NCBI RefSeq assembly: GCF_000497125.1
Contig: NC_090602.1
Coordinates: 496,001 to 560,000 of the forward strand
DNA length: 64,000 nt
Direction of reading: 5' to 3'
From: Spironucleus salmonicida
Taxonomy: Eukaryota
A program made the translations under genes and the position numbers. This document shows, piece after piece, positions 27,122 to 41,407 of the stretch (position 1 is its first letter; the number at the start of each line of letters is the position of its first letter). Below the pieces are notes generated by a model, which was not told the DNA's origin, ran no database searches, and was given only the letters and a program-made list of their open reading frames with translations.

Positions 27122-27997
27122 ATGACTACTGCTGGGAAATGTACAAATAGTGAAAATAAATGCCTTGTTAACACTTACTGCCCAGCTACCGGTACAGACG
27201 CAGTAGATTGTATCACATGCGAAGACGGTAAAATCTCTACCGGCCAAGGCTGTAATTGTGCAGTAGATAAACCAACAGTAAATTGTGCATTATGTACTGC
27301 TGATAAATGTTCCAAATGTATAGATGGAAATTTCTTAAGTTCTGATTCAAAATGCACAATATGTGATGAAAATTGCGCTACCTGCAACTCTGGAGCAAAG
27401 CAATGTACTTCCTGCAAATAGGGTTTTCTTCTTGATATAACTAATAACACCTGTTAAACAAAGTGTTCTGAGTTAACCGATTGCTCAGGTAGGGGAATGG
27501 GATATTGCGACTTATCTGTCAAACATTGCAAGCCTTGTGCCACTAATTGCTAAGTGTGCGCATCAGCTGAGTTTTGTGCCGCGTGCGGGGCAACTGGCGA
27601 TGACACTGTCCTAACTATCGAAGGAAAATGCACTAAATAATGTAACGATCTTCCTCCGAATAAATATTGTCTTAATGGTGTTGCAACAGATTGTGCTGAT
27701 GATGCGACTTCGGAATGTACATGTAGTAATTAATAGGGATGCGCTACCTGTAATACCGCTTAAACTGGTTGCGGAACTTGTCTCAAAACTTTTGCGGTGA
27801 ATGCGCAAGGAAAATGCACAGACTGCGCAGAAGGTCGTGTACATTTGGCTGGCCAATGCATCAAACATACTACCAGCGAATCTAGCAACAAACTAGGGAG
27901 TGGTGCGATTGTCGGCATAGTTATCGGTGCCTTAGTGATAGTTGGGGTAGTTGGCGGTGGGTTGGCTTACTATTTCATCAGGAAGGCTAGGAAATGA
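27122..27997 (+). CDS. Cysteine-rich membrane protein (CRMP1/VSP-like), 291 aa
   Basis: Many CxxC motifs, C-terminal [27 protein letters not shown] and basic tail IRKARK. Confidence 0.9.
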
Positions 27998-28362
27998 TAT
28001 TTATTATTAATAGTTGTTTAGTAAAATTAAATATGGTTATTATATAAATATTCAATAATTATAAGCAGGTTAAAATTAGAATTATAAAATTAAAAAAGTG
28101 AGCTGTACTATGTATTAAATATAGTTATTTGTTATTGTAATTATAAAAATATATTAGAAATTCTAAATTGGTGCTTATATTATAAAATATATAGCATCAC
28201 TAAGTTATATAATTTTAAAATTAATAATTATTACTAGAAAATAATAGTATTTTTGTTTTTATAATAATATAACATAAATTATATGTTACTTTAATGTATA
28301 TATAGATAAACTAAAAATAAACTAACAACTGTTTAACTTATATTCTGGAATCATTTTTTCAA

Positions 28363-29238
28363 ATGGTCGAACCAGGAAAGTGTACAACAACTAGTAATAA
28401 ATACTTAGCTAATACTTTTTGTCCATCCACAACAGAACCTGAGGTAGATTGCAAACCATGCACTTAGATTTCTACATCAGGTGCGTATAGTTGTAATTGT
28501 ACTGATAACACTGCTTCAAATGGATGTTAGTTGTGTGCAGATGGAAAATGTACTAAGTGCACCGAAGAATAGTTTATAAATAGCACTGGAAACTGTCAAT
28601 CGTGATCTATAGATTGTTTAACTTGCGAGTCTACTGAAGATAAGTGCACTTCTTGCAATAAAGGGAGGATATTGGATACAATTACAAATAAATGTGAAGA
28701 TGCTTGTTCAACTAATTAATAATGTTCAGATAAGGGTATGGGATACTGCGACTTATCTGCTAAACAGTGCAAGCCTTGCTCTACTAACTGCTCAATGTGC
28801 ATATCTGCTGAATTTTGCGTCACATGCGAGACAACTGGAGATAACACTGTCCTAACTATTGAAGGAAAATGCACTAAAAAGTGTACTAATACTAAACCTG
28901 GTTAATATTGTCTTAATGGCGCTGACACAGTATGTGTTGCCGATGCGACTTCAGAATGTGCGTGTAACCATGAATAGGGATGTTCGACTTGTAATGATAA
29001 CTAATCTTGATGTGGTGTGTGTCTAACTGGATTTGAAAAATCTAGTGATGACAAATGCACAGAATGTGCTAAGGGATATGAAAAATTTGGTGAACTATGT
29101 ATATCTTCATCTATACTTCCTGGGGCTAACAAATTAAGCGGAGGTGCAATAACTGGTATAGTAATAGGTGCTTTGGTAGGAGTAATTGCTGTTGGTGGTG
29201 GATTAGCTTATTACTTCATAAGGAAAGGAAAGAAGTGA
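28363..29238 (+). pseudogene. Cysteine-rich membrane protein paralog with two in-frame TGA codons (28603, 29008)
   Basis: Same 876-nt length and frame-colinear with 27122-27997; tail [10 protein letters not shown]; two internal TGAs. Confidence 0.8.
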
Positions 29239-29771
29239 TGTAACAAATACCTTTCAAAATTTAGTAAAATAAAAATTACTACGTGTAGCTTTAGTACCGC
29301 AGATTTCTTCGAGTTTACTATTTTTTCTTCAAATTCTTATCATAAAAATATTTAGATTATTTAAACATTAAACTAAGTTATATAAACTATAGATTGTATT
29401 AATTGGGTAAAAATATAAAACTTATCGTATTTTATATGAAAAATATTTATAAATAATGCATAAATAGTTAGTTTCAACTTATTGCTTGGGCACGTAATAA
29501 GATTATTTAATATTTAAAATTAAATTAAAGAATTTTACACTTTATAGAAGTATTTTCTTAATCTTTTATTAGTTTTATACAATATTATGGAAAAATCTTT
29601 TTAGATAATTCCTATTTTTAAAATTTGATGATTAAAATTATGAGATAGAGAAAAATTAAAATCTGAATTTTATAATTAAAGCATTATAACATTTTTTAAA
29701 ACTGAAAATTATTATAAGTTAAAAATATTCATGTTTCAAAATTATTTAAAATTTATTAAACCCAGTTATGG

Positions 29772-30386
29772 ATGGCTTCATTGTTTAAGGAACCCTATTT
29801 TTATGAAATGTTAGTCTTGGTACTATAACCAATATATAATAATCTGACAATAATGAATACCTATAGTGGGGAGCCAATATTATTGGACATGTAACAAATA
29901 TGTAATATTATTCATGAGGATATCAGAGATTATAATGCTTATATACTTACTTATAGTTCTCCAATGTTAAGTGGGCTTATTGATTAGATCATATAACATG
30001 TAAACCATGATATACCACTAAAATTTGAACATTTGGCGAATAAGGTCCGTTAATCATTTTGTAGAAATACCATATTAAATTAAATTTACTATTATGGTTT
30101 ATCGCTAAAGCTAGGCTTACTGTTATTCCTGCTATAGAGTTTAATGGTTTATTATTTTGAAGATCATGACTTAACCAAATTGGAAGCAGAATGTATCAGA
30201 TTAACCAATTACCGCCTTATAAATAATATTATTACTCCATTTTAAGCGTATAAAAATTAAATTGGATACAGAGGTTTAAATCTATAGGTATCTATAAAAA
30301 AGCTATATACGCCATAATTCTTTATATTATGGTACTCCTAGATAACTTTCACCAATATTTGGAATTCTATAGCTTGTACAGGGTGA
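29772..30386 (+). CDS. Possible hypothetical protein, ~204 aa (may be a decayed gene fragment)
   Basis: Open frame under table 6; no motif recognised. Confidence 0.3.
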
Positions 30387-32671
30387 GATAATATTCATGC
30401 TGATGATTTTACCCTCCTTTTCTGGCAGTTAATGTATCGAAAAATTACTCTAACCACAATGATATTATGTACAATCCCAATTTATTTAATGTTATTGAAA
30501 CTCGATATTTAGTTTAAACTGATATTTTTATAACTTATATGTATGGTATGGAAGAATCTCCTGAATGATTAGAAGAAACTTTCACTTACTGTGAAAACTT
30601 AATCTTGAAGCCATATTATAATATTGTTGATCGTTAAATATTAAAAGTCATTTATTTTATGTCGGAATAATAATTTGAAAGGTAGTAATTAGTATAGGAG
30701 TACGTTGTGTTGTTGCATTTATTTTAATTAAAAATAACAGAAGTATATTTAATGTATGAAATATTCATTTTACCTAACAAACCTTAAAAACTTAAATACC
30801 TTTATAATAAGGCATAATTTTGATTTAATTGGTATAATACGAATCATAAGATTTTTTGATAATTATTATGTAATAATTGTTAGAAATTATTAACACAATT
30901 TGTTCTTTGTTGATTAAACGTTTGTTTAACTTTTAATTACACAGAAAGACGAACCACTGAAATAAATTTATAATATTTTAATCTATTTGTAAATGCAGTT
31001 GCAAAACTGCTAAGCAAACATATTGACCATCAGTAATTCATATTTAACTAAAAATAGGCAACTAGCTATGATTTTCATAATTACAATTGAATAGTTATAA
31101 TATTTATCTAAAGAATAAGGATCCACTTCTTTTCCAATATTACTATATAATAGTTAAAACCAGCTATAGAAATATCGCACAAATGACAGCTTTAGAAAAA
31201 TATAGCAACGAACTGAGACTGATATTCTAAAAATAATAAAAACAACAAGCCCTGCTGTTAAAAGAATAACAAACACTCGAAAAACAAAAGAATTATATAC
31301 TTATTCAGGCGCATAAAGAACAACAAGGAATTCTAAAAGAATAGCAACTATAAAGAATAAACCAGACGCTACTCAAATACCATGATGAGCTCCGTACCAT
31401 GATTACAGAATGAAACATTTCAACAATTTAATTACAAAAACTAAAAACACATTATTATATATTTAATAATCAATATATAAAAACCACTTCTATTTTAAAA
31501 ACTTATCATTATCGCTTATTTGAGCTCAAAAAGCTAGATTTTGCTCATGAAGGTTTTGCAGCAACACCCAAATTCGCTTTTTTGTAGAATCAACGGCGAT
31601 AACTCATTTTTTACGTATAGAAACATCCAGTTAATCTTCCGAAATCCGAATCGCAAATCAACACTTTTGCATCACTTTTTTAATACTCGAACTGTTGAAG
31701 AATTTACGATTTGAGTATTATAGAGAGTTGGAGTGGAAAACCAAAATCAAATTCAATACATAATAATATTAAATTTTTTAATTAAAATTCTTATTATAGA
31801 ATTTGGTGCTAGAGGTTTTACGCAGAAAGATTACAATTTAGCGATTAAAAGGAGCGGATACGTTGAATGAGCGATAAGCATAACAGGTAATTTGCCGGCT
31901 GCAATTAGCGGCTAGTTTATTGGTATAGTCGCAATAAATAGTTAAAATAAAATATGGGGAAAAATGAAATAGTAAAGGATTACGGAATTCATGTCCGCGT
32001 AAATTGGGTAAACTTGCTTTATTGCGATAATCTAGGTAAATAGTAGGCTGGAAATTACGAAATGGGGCATAGCATTAATAAAATTGCAAAATCGATAGGG
32101 ATTAAATAGAATCGTTGATTTTTATCTTCTTGGATTTGATTTTGGAAAAACATACTTAAATGGTGCTGCAATGCTTGGAAATGGGTAAGAAATAATAAAA
32201 TATGAAATTTACCATAGCTATCAAATAATAAAGCATAAAAACTAATTTCAAGATGCAGAACAATAATATTTTCTATTAAAATAAGATACAAAAGGTTCAT
32301 AATTAATGACTAACGTTAATTTATGGCATTTTATAATAATTAATTTATATTTATATAAGAGTATAATAAAATGTTATTGACTTATTTAAAAATAAAAGTC
32401 AGGAAATAGGAGTTCCACATCACACAAAGTAAAATACAATAATATGCAATTGATCAGGTTATATAGTTAATATTTAGTATATATATAACATTTCAGCATA
32501 TGTTTAGATAATTTACGCCTAGTACAAATTTTACATTCAAACAAATTTTATTTTAAAATATTATCATATTGGGAATATAATTATACAAGTTTTAGTATAT
32601 ATAAAAGAGTTTCTGTATGTTTTTTTTAATATACGATATAATGAGAATAAAGCATATATTTAAACTTTGCA

Positions 32672-32908
32672 ATGACGACGACATTATCAAAAGCTAGTGA
32701 GAAGTTAAGAACTTTCTTATAAAATTAATAAACTTAGCATATAGAGCAAAAAGAATTGGCAAACATATAGTAATAATATTAATAAAATCAGATTACTATT
32801 TAGGCTATAAACAAAAGAAATGCTTAAAAGAAATAGTATTAGTTAGATTTAATAAGTCTTAAACTATAGAACTCATAAGAACAACTTCGTGAAATGCTAA
32901 GAGATTGA
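32672..32908 (+). CDS. Small Gln-rich coiled-coil protein, 78 aa
   Basis: MTTTLSKASEKLRTFLQNQQTQHIEQKELANIQQQYQQ...; dense in-frame TAA/TAG. Confidence 0.55.
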
Positions 32909-32919
32909 ATCATTGATTA

Positions 32920-33930
32920 TCACTCAAATAAATCACTCATACTCCAGTCTAAAGCACTTGCTGCTAAGGCTTCGCTTTCATCATCCAATACAAACCCAGC
33001 TAATGGTGCTTCGTCTTAATCTAGAACTATCTGAAGATCTTTCACGTTCTTTTCTTTAGTTATTGGAACTATGGGTACCTCAACTATTCCTTTAAAAAAA
33101 CTATATAATTCCTATGCTTTTGGCCTTTCTGAAGGGTTCCATATTAAACACATTTTAATAAATTCTATTTCTTAAGCTGATGCACTATTCTCCTATAAAA
33201 ATTACTATATTTGTGGAGATAAGTTTTTCTTAGTATAAACTTCAACTTTCTGTTCATCAAAAATATATTTCGGTGGTGTTCCTAATAATTATTCCAATGT
33301 GTTAATGATAATGCTATCAGTTATGTCTACTTTATCATTTAATGTTTAAAACATATTTTCGACACCCATTAATAGACAAATAGCAGTGATTCCTATAGCC
33401 CAAATATCCTATGCTCCAACTACACTAATATCTCCACCAAGCATAGTTTCAGGAGGTACAAATCCCCTAGTGCCCCCAGATTTTATACCTCTACCAGAAA
33501 GACCAAAGTCACATAATTTAAGATTGCCATCTTTGATTAGCAAATTCGCTGGTTTAACATCTCTATGAGCAATCTATAACGAGTGAATATACAATATAGC
33601 TTATGTCAATTAATATAATACTGTTACTCGCATCTCAGGAGAAAGAATGACATTCTGAAGATCACTATCACATTTTTCTAGTACAAAAAGAATAGAGTTT
33701 TGGTTAGAATAGAATCCAATTAATTAGACAATAAACGGCGAGGTACACAACGATAGAACATGTCTTTCGCATACAGCAGATTGAGGTAGTTCATTTTAAA
33801 AATGTAATTTTTTAACAACTACAACTGCGTCGGTTTTTAGATCAATGGCATCAAATACAGATCCTTAGCCGCCTGATCTCGACGAGATAGGAAGTTTTTT
33901 ATAACGTTATAAAAATGACTTATTATACAT
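32920..33930 (-). CDS. Ser/Thr protein kinase (CMGC/CDK-like, divergent), 336 aa
   Basis: SGGQGSVF, VVVKK, HRDVKPANLL, LCDFGL, GTRGFVPPE, DIWAIG; ends GAG-TGA. Confidence 0.9.
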
Positions 33931-33967
33931 TTTTGAACAAAAATAATCAAATAATTAATATAATAAA

Positions 33968-35890
33968 TCATTGTAACAAAACTTTAATTTCGTTAATACT
34001 ATTTTCCTTGAACTAATAAATATTACTATCTACGGCTTCGTTAACTAGTTAAATATTAAACTTTTAAGCAATATTGCGAGCCTGATTAGCGAGGTTTTTA
34101 TCCTAATTATGAACATCTGTTGCTGATGTACTAATATTTTCTATATTTCTAGTTAGTTCTTCTATTCGCCTCAATACTATTATTTAACTATAAAATTCGT
34201 CATGCTTCTTCATATTCCTGATCTTAGTAGTTTTAAGATTTCTAATTTTTTCTTCAAACTCCTAAAATTTTAATTCTGAAAATCTCTTCGTTAGGGTAGA
34301 TGTGAGGCTTTTAAACTCATTTTCTGTGTTATTTTCAGAAGAAAACTTATTAAGTTTGATTATTATGTTATTTAATTGCCTTTAGTTATCTTACATATAT
34401 TTAGAAAAATCATCAATACATATGAATAGTTAATTTAATGATAAATGAGAAATTATCTATTGTGGTTATACTTTATCTTTTTAATAAATAAAATCTTGTT
34501 TAAATACTAGTAAATATGCCTATTTCAGTAATTAAAATAGTAAATTTTAGTAATTTAAATTTTCATTTTTAAATGGTAATGATAATTGTTTAGCAAGTTT
34601 AGAAAACTAGTAATTAATTTTATTTTACTATAAATGTTTTAACAATTAGTTTATTTGTGACTAATAGCTTTGATTAAATTGTTAATTTTCTAAGTAATCA
34701 TCAATTACTTTTGTTAAAAATATAGGCAAATTCAATTTTGATTAGTTTATACTAGATAATGATAATGTGTATTATATCTAAGAAAATAATGTGGTTGGAT
34801 CTTACGACGGTTAAAATTTGGAAAATTACATCGGTTTTGGAGACGAAAAAGAAATAGGTGAAACAATAATTTAGGAGTCATTTTTTACCTCGTTATTTAA
34901 AAAAGATGTGTTAATTTTGAGACGTTTATTATCATTTATTTATTTCAAAATATTTTAAATTTATTAATATTCAATAACAATGTTATGAAATTCCTAGAAT
35001 TCTTACAAAAAATACTATAGTCTTTATTACGTTTATTTTAGTAAATATATTTTTTGCTATTATGATAATTTAGCTTCATTTATCTAAAGTTCCAACTATT
35101 ATTCTTAGCAAATAAGATATTCAGATTATTTTTGTTATTATACATCCATATTTGCATCGCAAAGTAAACTACTTATTTATAGGATATTATCTTATGAGTC
35201 TTACTAATATTATGGTAATTGTAAATAATCTTTTATTTCTTCTATGTCAATTTTTAAAGATGTAATTTATGTTTTTAACTGACTAGTAATTTTAGGGCTA
35301 GATTCTAATATATTTAAATTTTCCGCTTAAAATATATTTATGCTATCATTTTATTCTGATATATCTAAATACACTTTAACTTCTTATTACTAAGCTGATA
35401 ATTTTTTCATTACTTCTTATTTTTAACTTTTTTAAAGTTACATTTATGATAAATCTTAAATCATATTTTCAAACTCTTCACAAATACTATCGTGTGCCTA
35501 TTAATCAACTGATTTTGATTGCTACTTCACATTACTTATGTTAAGATCACATTACTACTAAAAGTCATCTTATTTAATTTATTATTAGTATTAGATACCA
35601 TCGGATATAATCGTATGATTATCTGAAATCATCTAACTATCACTAAGTTCTCTAATATGTAATAATGCTTATTTATCGCAACTTTAATCTGTGAATTAGG
35701 ATATATAAAATATACTACCAAAATTACTTAAAGCAGCACGCATAATATTTAATCTATCTTTAAGAACAGAATCATAATCATTTTCCTGTTCAATTGATGT
35801 TATAATTTTTAATAATCTAACTGCAGAATCATCTAGTGCTTAATTTTCCAACAATAATAATTATTACAAATTATCAGGTTTCATGCTCAT
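33968..35890 (-). CDS. Gln-rich coiled-coil hypothetical protein, 640 aa
   Basis: Continuous table-6 ORF of 641 codons with Q/E/K-rich helical composition. Confidence 0.7.
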
Positions 35891-36029
35891 ATATAAATCT
35901 TAATTATTATTGTATAATATATATTGTTTTTAATTGAACAAATTTTAGTAATTATTATATATTAGTCATATTTTTAATTTAATAAATTGATATTATAATA
36001 TTATTAATAGTATCTCCCATTTAGTAATA

Positions 36030-37301
36030 ATGTCCGCATTACCATAAACGCCTCGTACGCAAATAGCAATGCATCGTTTAGGGTTAATTTAAGAAGATTT
36101 GTAGGTTATACCTTTATAGCATCTAAAAACTTATTATGCAGATGATATAGCAAACGTTCATTATTAAGCTAGATAGGAATTTGTTTCAGATATGAAAAAG
36201 TAATTAATCGAAGAAAGAAATCATGTAAATAAAAATATTTCAGTATTAGAATTTCTCTGGGCCGGCGAGCCTGAGTAGCTTATAAGTAGAGTTACAGGTG
36301 GGAAATTATTTGTAGAAAAATTTAAACTTTAGGAAAAAGAGGATATGATAAAAACTTTAGATGACCGTAGAGACTTTGTTAACTAATAAGAATCAACATA
36401 TTTAAATGAAAATAAATCTAAATTTAATACTAGAGAAAAACGATTTTAATCTAATTATAATGATATTATAAGCCAAAAAATAGATAAACTAAATGAAAGT
36501 AGAAGAAGTAGAGATGAACATTTCAAAACTACTTTATCTGAGGCTGAAGTAAGAAAAGTATAGGCACTATTTGATCCTAATATTACAATTACTAAACAAA
36601 AAACAGCATATGAAAATAGATAAATGTTATTTAAAGACAGATTAGAAAAATAAAGAGAATAAATATAGTAGATAAATGATCATATATAATAAAGCAAAAA
36701 TCTGAGATAAGATGAAGAGTAGTAATTCATTAATAATTAATCTTTAAACTGGAAAAAAATTTAGTCAGCCTCTGAAAACGCGATATAATATAAAAATGAA
36801 AGATTTAATGAAACTGTAAAAAGATTAGAAGAAAAATAAAGGAATTATGATAGATTATTATAGGAAAACACTATTAAAGTTTAATAAGAATTAAGTGAAA
36901 AGACGCAAAGAGTTCTAACTAAATTGGAGCAGGAGAATAAATTATTAGAAGAACTTGTGAAATAAAAATAAGAAGAAGTATTAAATAAAAAGTAGGAATT
37001 AGAGAGATCTATTTCTGTTAAAAAAGAATTTCATTAATAGATATTATCTGACGTGGAGAAAATGCGCTAGGAAAAATTTAAATAACAAATTAGTAGAGAG
37101 TAAAAAGTTATTGAAGAAAAATAGGAAATTGAAAGATAAATAAGATAGAATTTGGTTAAGGAGTTGGTTAGAAAAGAAAAACTAAAGAATCAGATGAGAT
37201 AAATGAAAAGACGGGAAGATTACTAAAACGAGCTTAAAAGCATGGAGTTGGTTATAAATAAAAATAAATTTGGAAAATTGGAGAGAATCGCAACTAAGTG
37301 A
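36030..37301 (+). CDS. Coiled-coil protein, 423 aa (N-terminal TPRT..AM.RLG motif, possibly CCDC177-like)
   Basis: Continuous ORF, E/K/Q/R-rich, ending AAG-TGA. Confidence 0.75.
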
Positions 37302-37732
37302 GTCGCAATTTTATTTCATGACTTTAACATATTTCTTAGACGATAAAATAATCATAATAAATTACTTGAATTTTATTCGAGGATACACCTTATTTCGTAA
37401 TTATATTAGTAAATAACTAAATACCAATGCTTACATTTTATTATAGGTCTATTATATTATTAATGCATTTTCAATAAAAATGTTTTAAATTAAGTTTATA
37501 ATTATGACCAATAAAATTAAGAATTAAATTCATTCATGATTTTTCTACTTACTGTACATGATGATCAATATTTATACTATGAATTTTTACGTTGTATACA
37601 TTTCCCTAATCGAATGTCTAATTAATTTATTTCACTTTTTGCTATTAATTTTTAAGAATAAAAATCATTTTATTTATGATTCTTAACCTCATGTTAAGTT
37701 AAAATCAAATAGTTATTGCAGTATACATTAAA

Positions 37733-38690
37733 ATGCCTATTTTATTATTTATATAAAGCATAAAATAATTATATTTCATCATAATAATCCTTTAATCATT
37801 CATAAAAACAATAAATTTCAAAATCTATATTCCAACTGACCCTAAAATTCTTCTTATACTAACAACTGAAGCAACTATAGTGTTATTATATTTTGGTATA
37901 AATAGTGCAGATACGATCAATAAAATGTAGTAATGGTCCCAACAGGAAAACTTTATGGTATTTAATTGCAAATAAGAAGATAACTTTTCAGATTATTTAA
38001 TCAAGTCTAGAGTATTTCAAGCGTAAAAACTGCTACAGTGTATTTAATGTCATGAAGAGATGTGTGATAGATTTATCGGTATTGGTAATGGTCAAGGTGG
38101 ATTTATAATGAGATATTATTTACAAATGCTATCCCATAAAACGATCAAAATGAATACTTTTATAGGTATTACTTTTCTTATGATAGGATACATCTGTAAG
38201 AATATTGATATATGCCGACTTGGATTTATAGTAATTCTATCAAGTTCCATATATTTACGCAATATTTAAAATATTATCGGCTCAAGCAATTTTTGAAGAA
38301 TTCTAGTGAAGTATGATATATATGTTGAAGGTTGCTATGCCATTCCAGTTTGCAATAATAAACGATACTTTAACTAACAAACTAGGGCTAGTTTTTTGAG
38401 CTTGAAAAATTAATAGTATTCGGTTCTCCTAACGATGAAGTTATTCGACCCTGCTAAAGATAATTTATTTGGATTTTATAAAAACGACACCAGTAGAAAT
38501 CTAGTGTAAAGGGAAGATACAGATTTCTTTAAATATAGCATTTGGTGTCTAAAAATTCTGAGCGAGTAACGTAAGATAGTAAACATTTAAACAGGCTTCC
38601 AAAATTCTGATTATCTACCTAACTAAACTTTGGTTAAAAAACCTTTAGTAGGATAATAAGATTTCTTCCTTGATAGAAGAGCTCTTTCTT
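37733..38690 (+). pseudogene. Palmitoyl-protein thioesterase (PPT1/PPT2-like) pseudogene; boundaries approximate
   Basis: IGIGNGQGGFIMR (cf. IGFSQGG..LR), NF*R at the conserved NYW (TGA 38294), LIVFGSPNDEVIRP and LFGFY in successive shifted frames. Confidence 0.6.
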
Positions 38691-39356
38691 ATTGGGGACA
38701 ATACTAGCAATAGTATTAGTTATTTATTTTAGAGAGAAATGCCGAAAAAGACAATAAGGCACTTATGTAAAATTGGAATATATACAATTTTAAGTTTTAT
38801 CATGATGAATTTTCAATATAAGTATTATTTATTTAATAATAAACGAAACAAATTAGTACTCTCCGTTTCAAATAAATCTGTACAAAACATATATTATTTA
38901 TATTATTGTAAATTATCAATAAAAGGTTACAAAAATGAGAGATTAAAACATTAAAAAGTTGAAATGTCTTAATATAGTTTAAATAGTAATAATATATTAT
39001 TTTTGTATTTATCATATACATAGTAGTTTTTAATTTAAAATAATAAATTATAATAATTTATACAGAGCATTACAATAACTTGATATCAGTGTTAGTATAA
39101 TTCTCTTTGTAGATCCTAAATTGAAATAGGAATTTATGTCATATATTACTTAATGAAAGTCAAGATTTAATTCAATTTTGCAGATATCTTAGCAAAAACT
39201 AATTAGCATTAAAGTTTCGATCCAGAACAAACGTAATGAGGTCCCTATTAAACATCAAAAGAAATTATATTTAGTTAAAAGAATTATTACTTCAACAAAA
39301 CTTATAAAACAGTATTTAGTTACTGTCATAATTTACATAATTATATTACATTAAAA

Positions 39357-39608
39357 TCACTGTTCTGCATTACCTACCTTCTAAATATATTATTCCAACT
39401 TTTAAAGCTGGTTAATTTATCCTATAATTTTTATTTCTAAATCATGAAGTAAAACCATATCATCCATCAAACTATCAATAGATTTTTCTAATTATATTCG
39501 TAAACTTAGCATAGCAATACTCCCACTAGGTCGTATCTTAGGAAATTTTTTACTCTAATTAACACAGGTTATTGCCTTCAAGTCTAGAATGTTAACTTAA
39601 TCAGTCAT
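39357..39608 (-). CDS. Hypothetical protein, 83 aa
   Basis: ORF ending CAG-TGA (AGTGA); helical C-terminal half. Confidence 0.5.
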
Positions 39609-40351
39609 TTTATTTAACCTAGATAATTATTAAATTAATATATTGTTAATAAGTAGTAAATATAAATTTTATTAGATTTATTCTAACGTTATAACTAATA
39701 TTTGCTATGAATAAAAAATTAACTGTAAACTTTCAGTATTTTATTCACTCAATGATACTCTTTACTTATTTATTGTGATTTTATATTAACATTCTCATAA
39801 ATTTTAAAAGTTTAGTCTGCTAATGTTCTAGCTTATACAAATTAGTTTCAATCAACTAGAATTGACTAATGTTTTAGTGTAAATACAAAATTATCTGATT
39901 TTTCGTATCTGATTGATCAAAATTAGTTAATTAATTATCAAAGGAAATAAGCTAGGCATGAAGCTTTTAATATGATCTACCAGTATGTTAAAGCTACACT
40001 ACTGATTCATACTCAATATTATTTAAGTTTAGTTTCATTATTCAAGGAAAGTGAAAAGTATCTTGCTTATAATGGATCTAATTTTTATCAAATTAAGAAT
40101 CTTTCATAATTATTAACTTATTATATATATAATATATTTAGAATGCTCCATTCTACAAATGTAATTTATGTTTGAAATTTATCCGATATTTATTTAATAC
40201 CGTATATGTAGATTATTGTATAGATAATATTAAAATTTAAAGACATTTCGAGAAATTGGACTGTTTTCGTTTGATAAATTCAAAAAATAATTGTATTCAT
40301 ATTTGTTATATAATGATATTATTATATATTGTATCATATTAATATTTTATT

Positions 40352-41407
40352 ATGAAACTTACTAAAATATATCAATTACTCTCACTTATCTTATCAATAT
40401 CTAGAAATTCATAAAAATATCACTAAAACTATATTTCAGCAATATTGTTGCCTTTAGCTTTTCCTATTATTCTATAGTTTCAATCATTTATGGGTGACAA
40501 ATTTATACGTTTTCAGTATACTTTTATTTTTATATTTTCAGGGATAGGATCTTTATATAATCAAAATTACTCCAAAATTTTCTTATTTATTGCATTACTT
40601 CATACAATTTTATTCGGTCTAACTTTTATTTTTTAATGTTATGGAATTTGTAAAATGTTTCATAGAAAATTTATACCTATTTAGATATGCTTGATCCAAA
40701 CATCATGGTAATTTAATCTATAAAATAATATTATATTCTTTGCTATTAATTTATTGGGGGAAATATTTATTTTCTTTAGCCTTTTCGCCATAGCTGAAAT
40801 ATATTTTATTCTTTATAATAAATGTTATAATTATAAGAAAATGGGTATCTACATTCTATTTTCTAATTTGATACTTCAGTTTACCTTATTTTGTGTACTA
40901 GATCTGGTGCAATTTTCAAATATTATGTTTTTAATTCTAATTATGCTTAATTATACCATATCAATGATTAAAAAATCACATAGCTCAATATTTGTTTCGA
41001 GTGGAGTATGTACATTAAGTAGTTTTATTTTATTTTTTATTTAGAATAAATTTCATGTTTTTAGCCTAGTTTATTGCATTTTTAGTTTATTTCTATTAAT
41101 TATTGTAGAAATTGCACCGAGGACGCTGTTCATCGGGAGCGCGTCGCCGCCGGACGTGGCGGACTTCGCGAGCACGCTGGAGGACGAGGACACGCGAAGC
41201 GGGGAGGCCAGCTACTACTACTGGGCGTTCCACCTGCTGATGATGCAGGCGGCGTGCTACATGAGCCAGGTGTACTCGTTCTCGGGCCCAAGGGTGCTCT
41301 ACGGTGTGAACTTCGGCTTCGGTGTAGCCGGAAGCTTCGTATTTCTGTTGTACCTGGCGTGGACGGCTTTCCTGCCGGTGGTGCTCAAGAACAGGATCTT
41401 CGAGTGA
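40352..41407 (+). CDS. Serinc (serine incorporator)-like multipass membrane protein, divergent copy, 351 aa
   Basis: Continuous hydrophobic frame-2 ORF; the last ~95 codons are identical to the 44210-45364 Serinc C-terminus. Confidence 0.7.

Noticed and set aside
30990-32300. Gln-rich coiled-coil-like fragments
   Set aside because: Interrupted by several TGAs and frame changes; no gene model can be defined.
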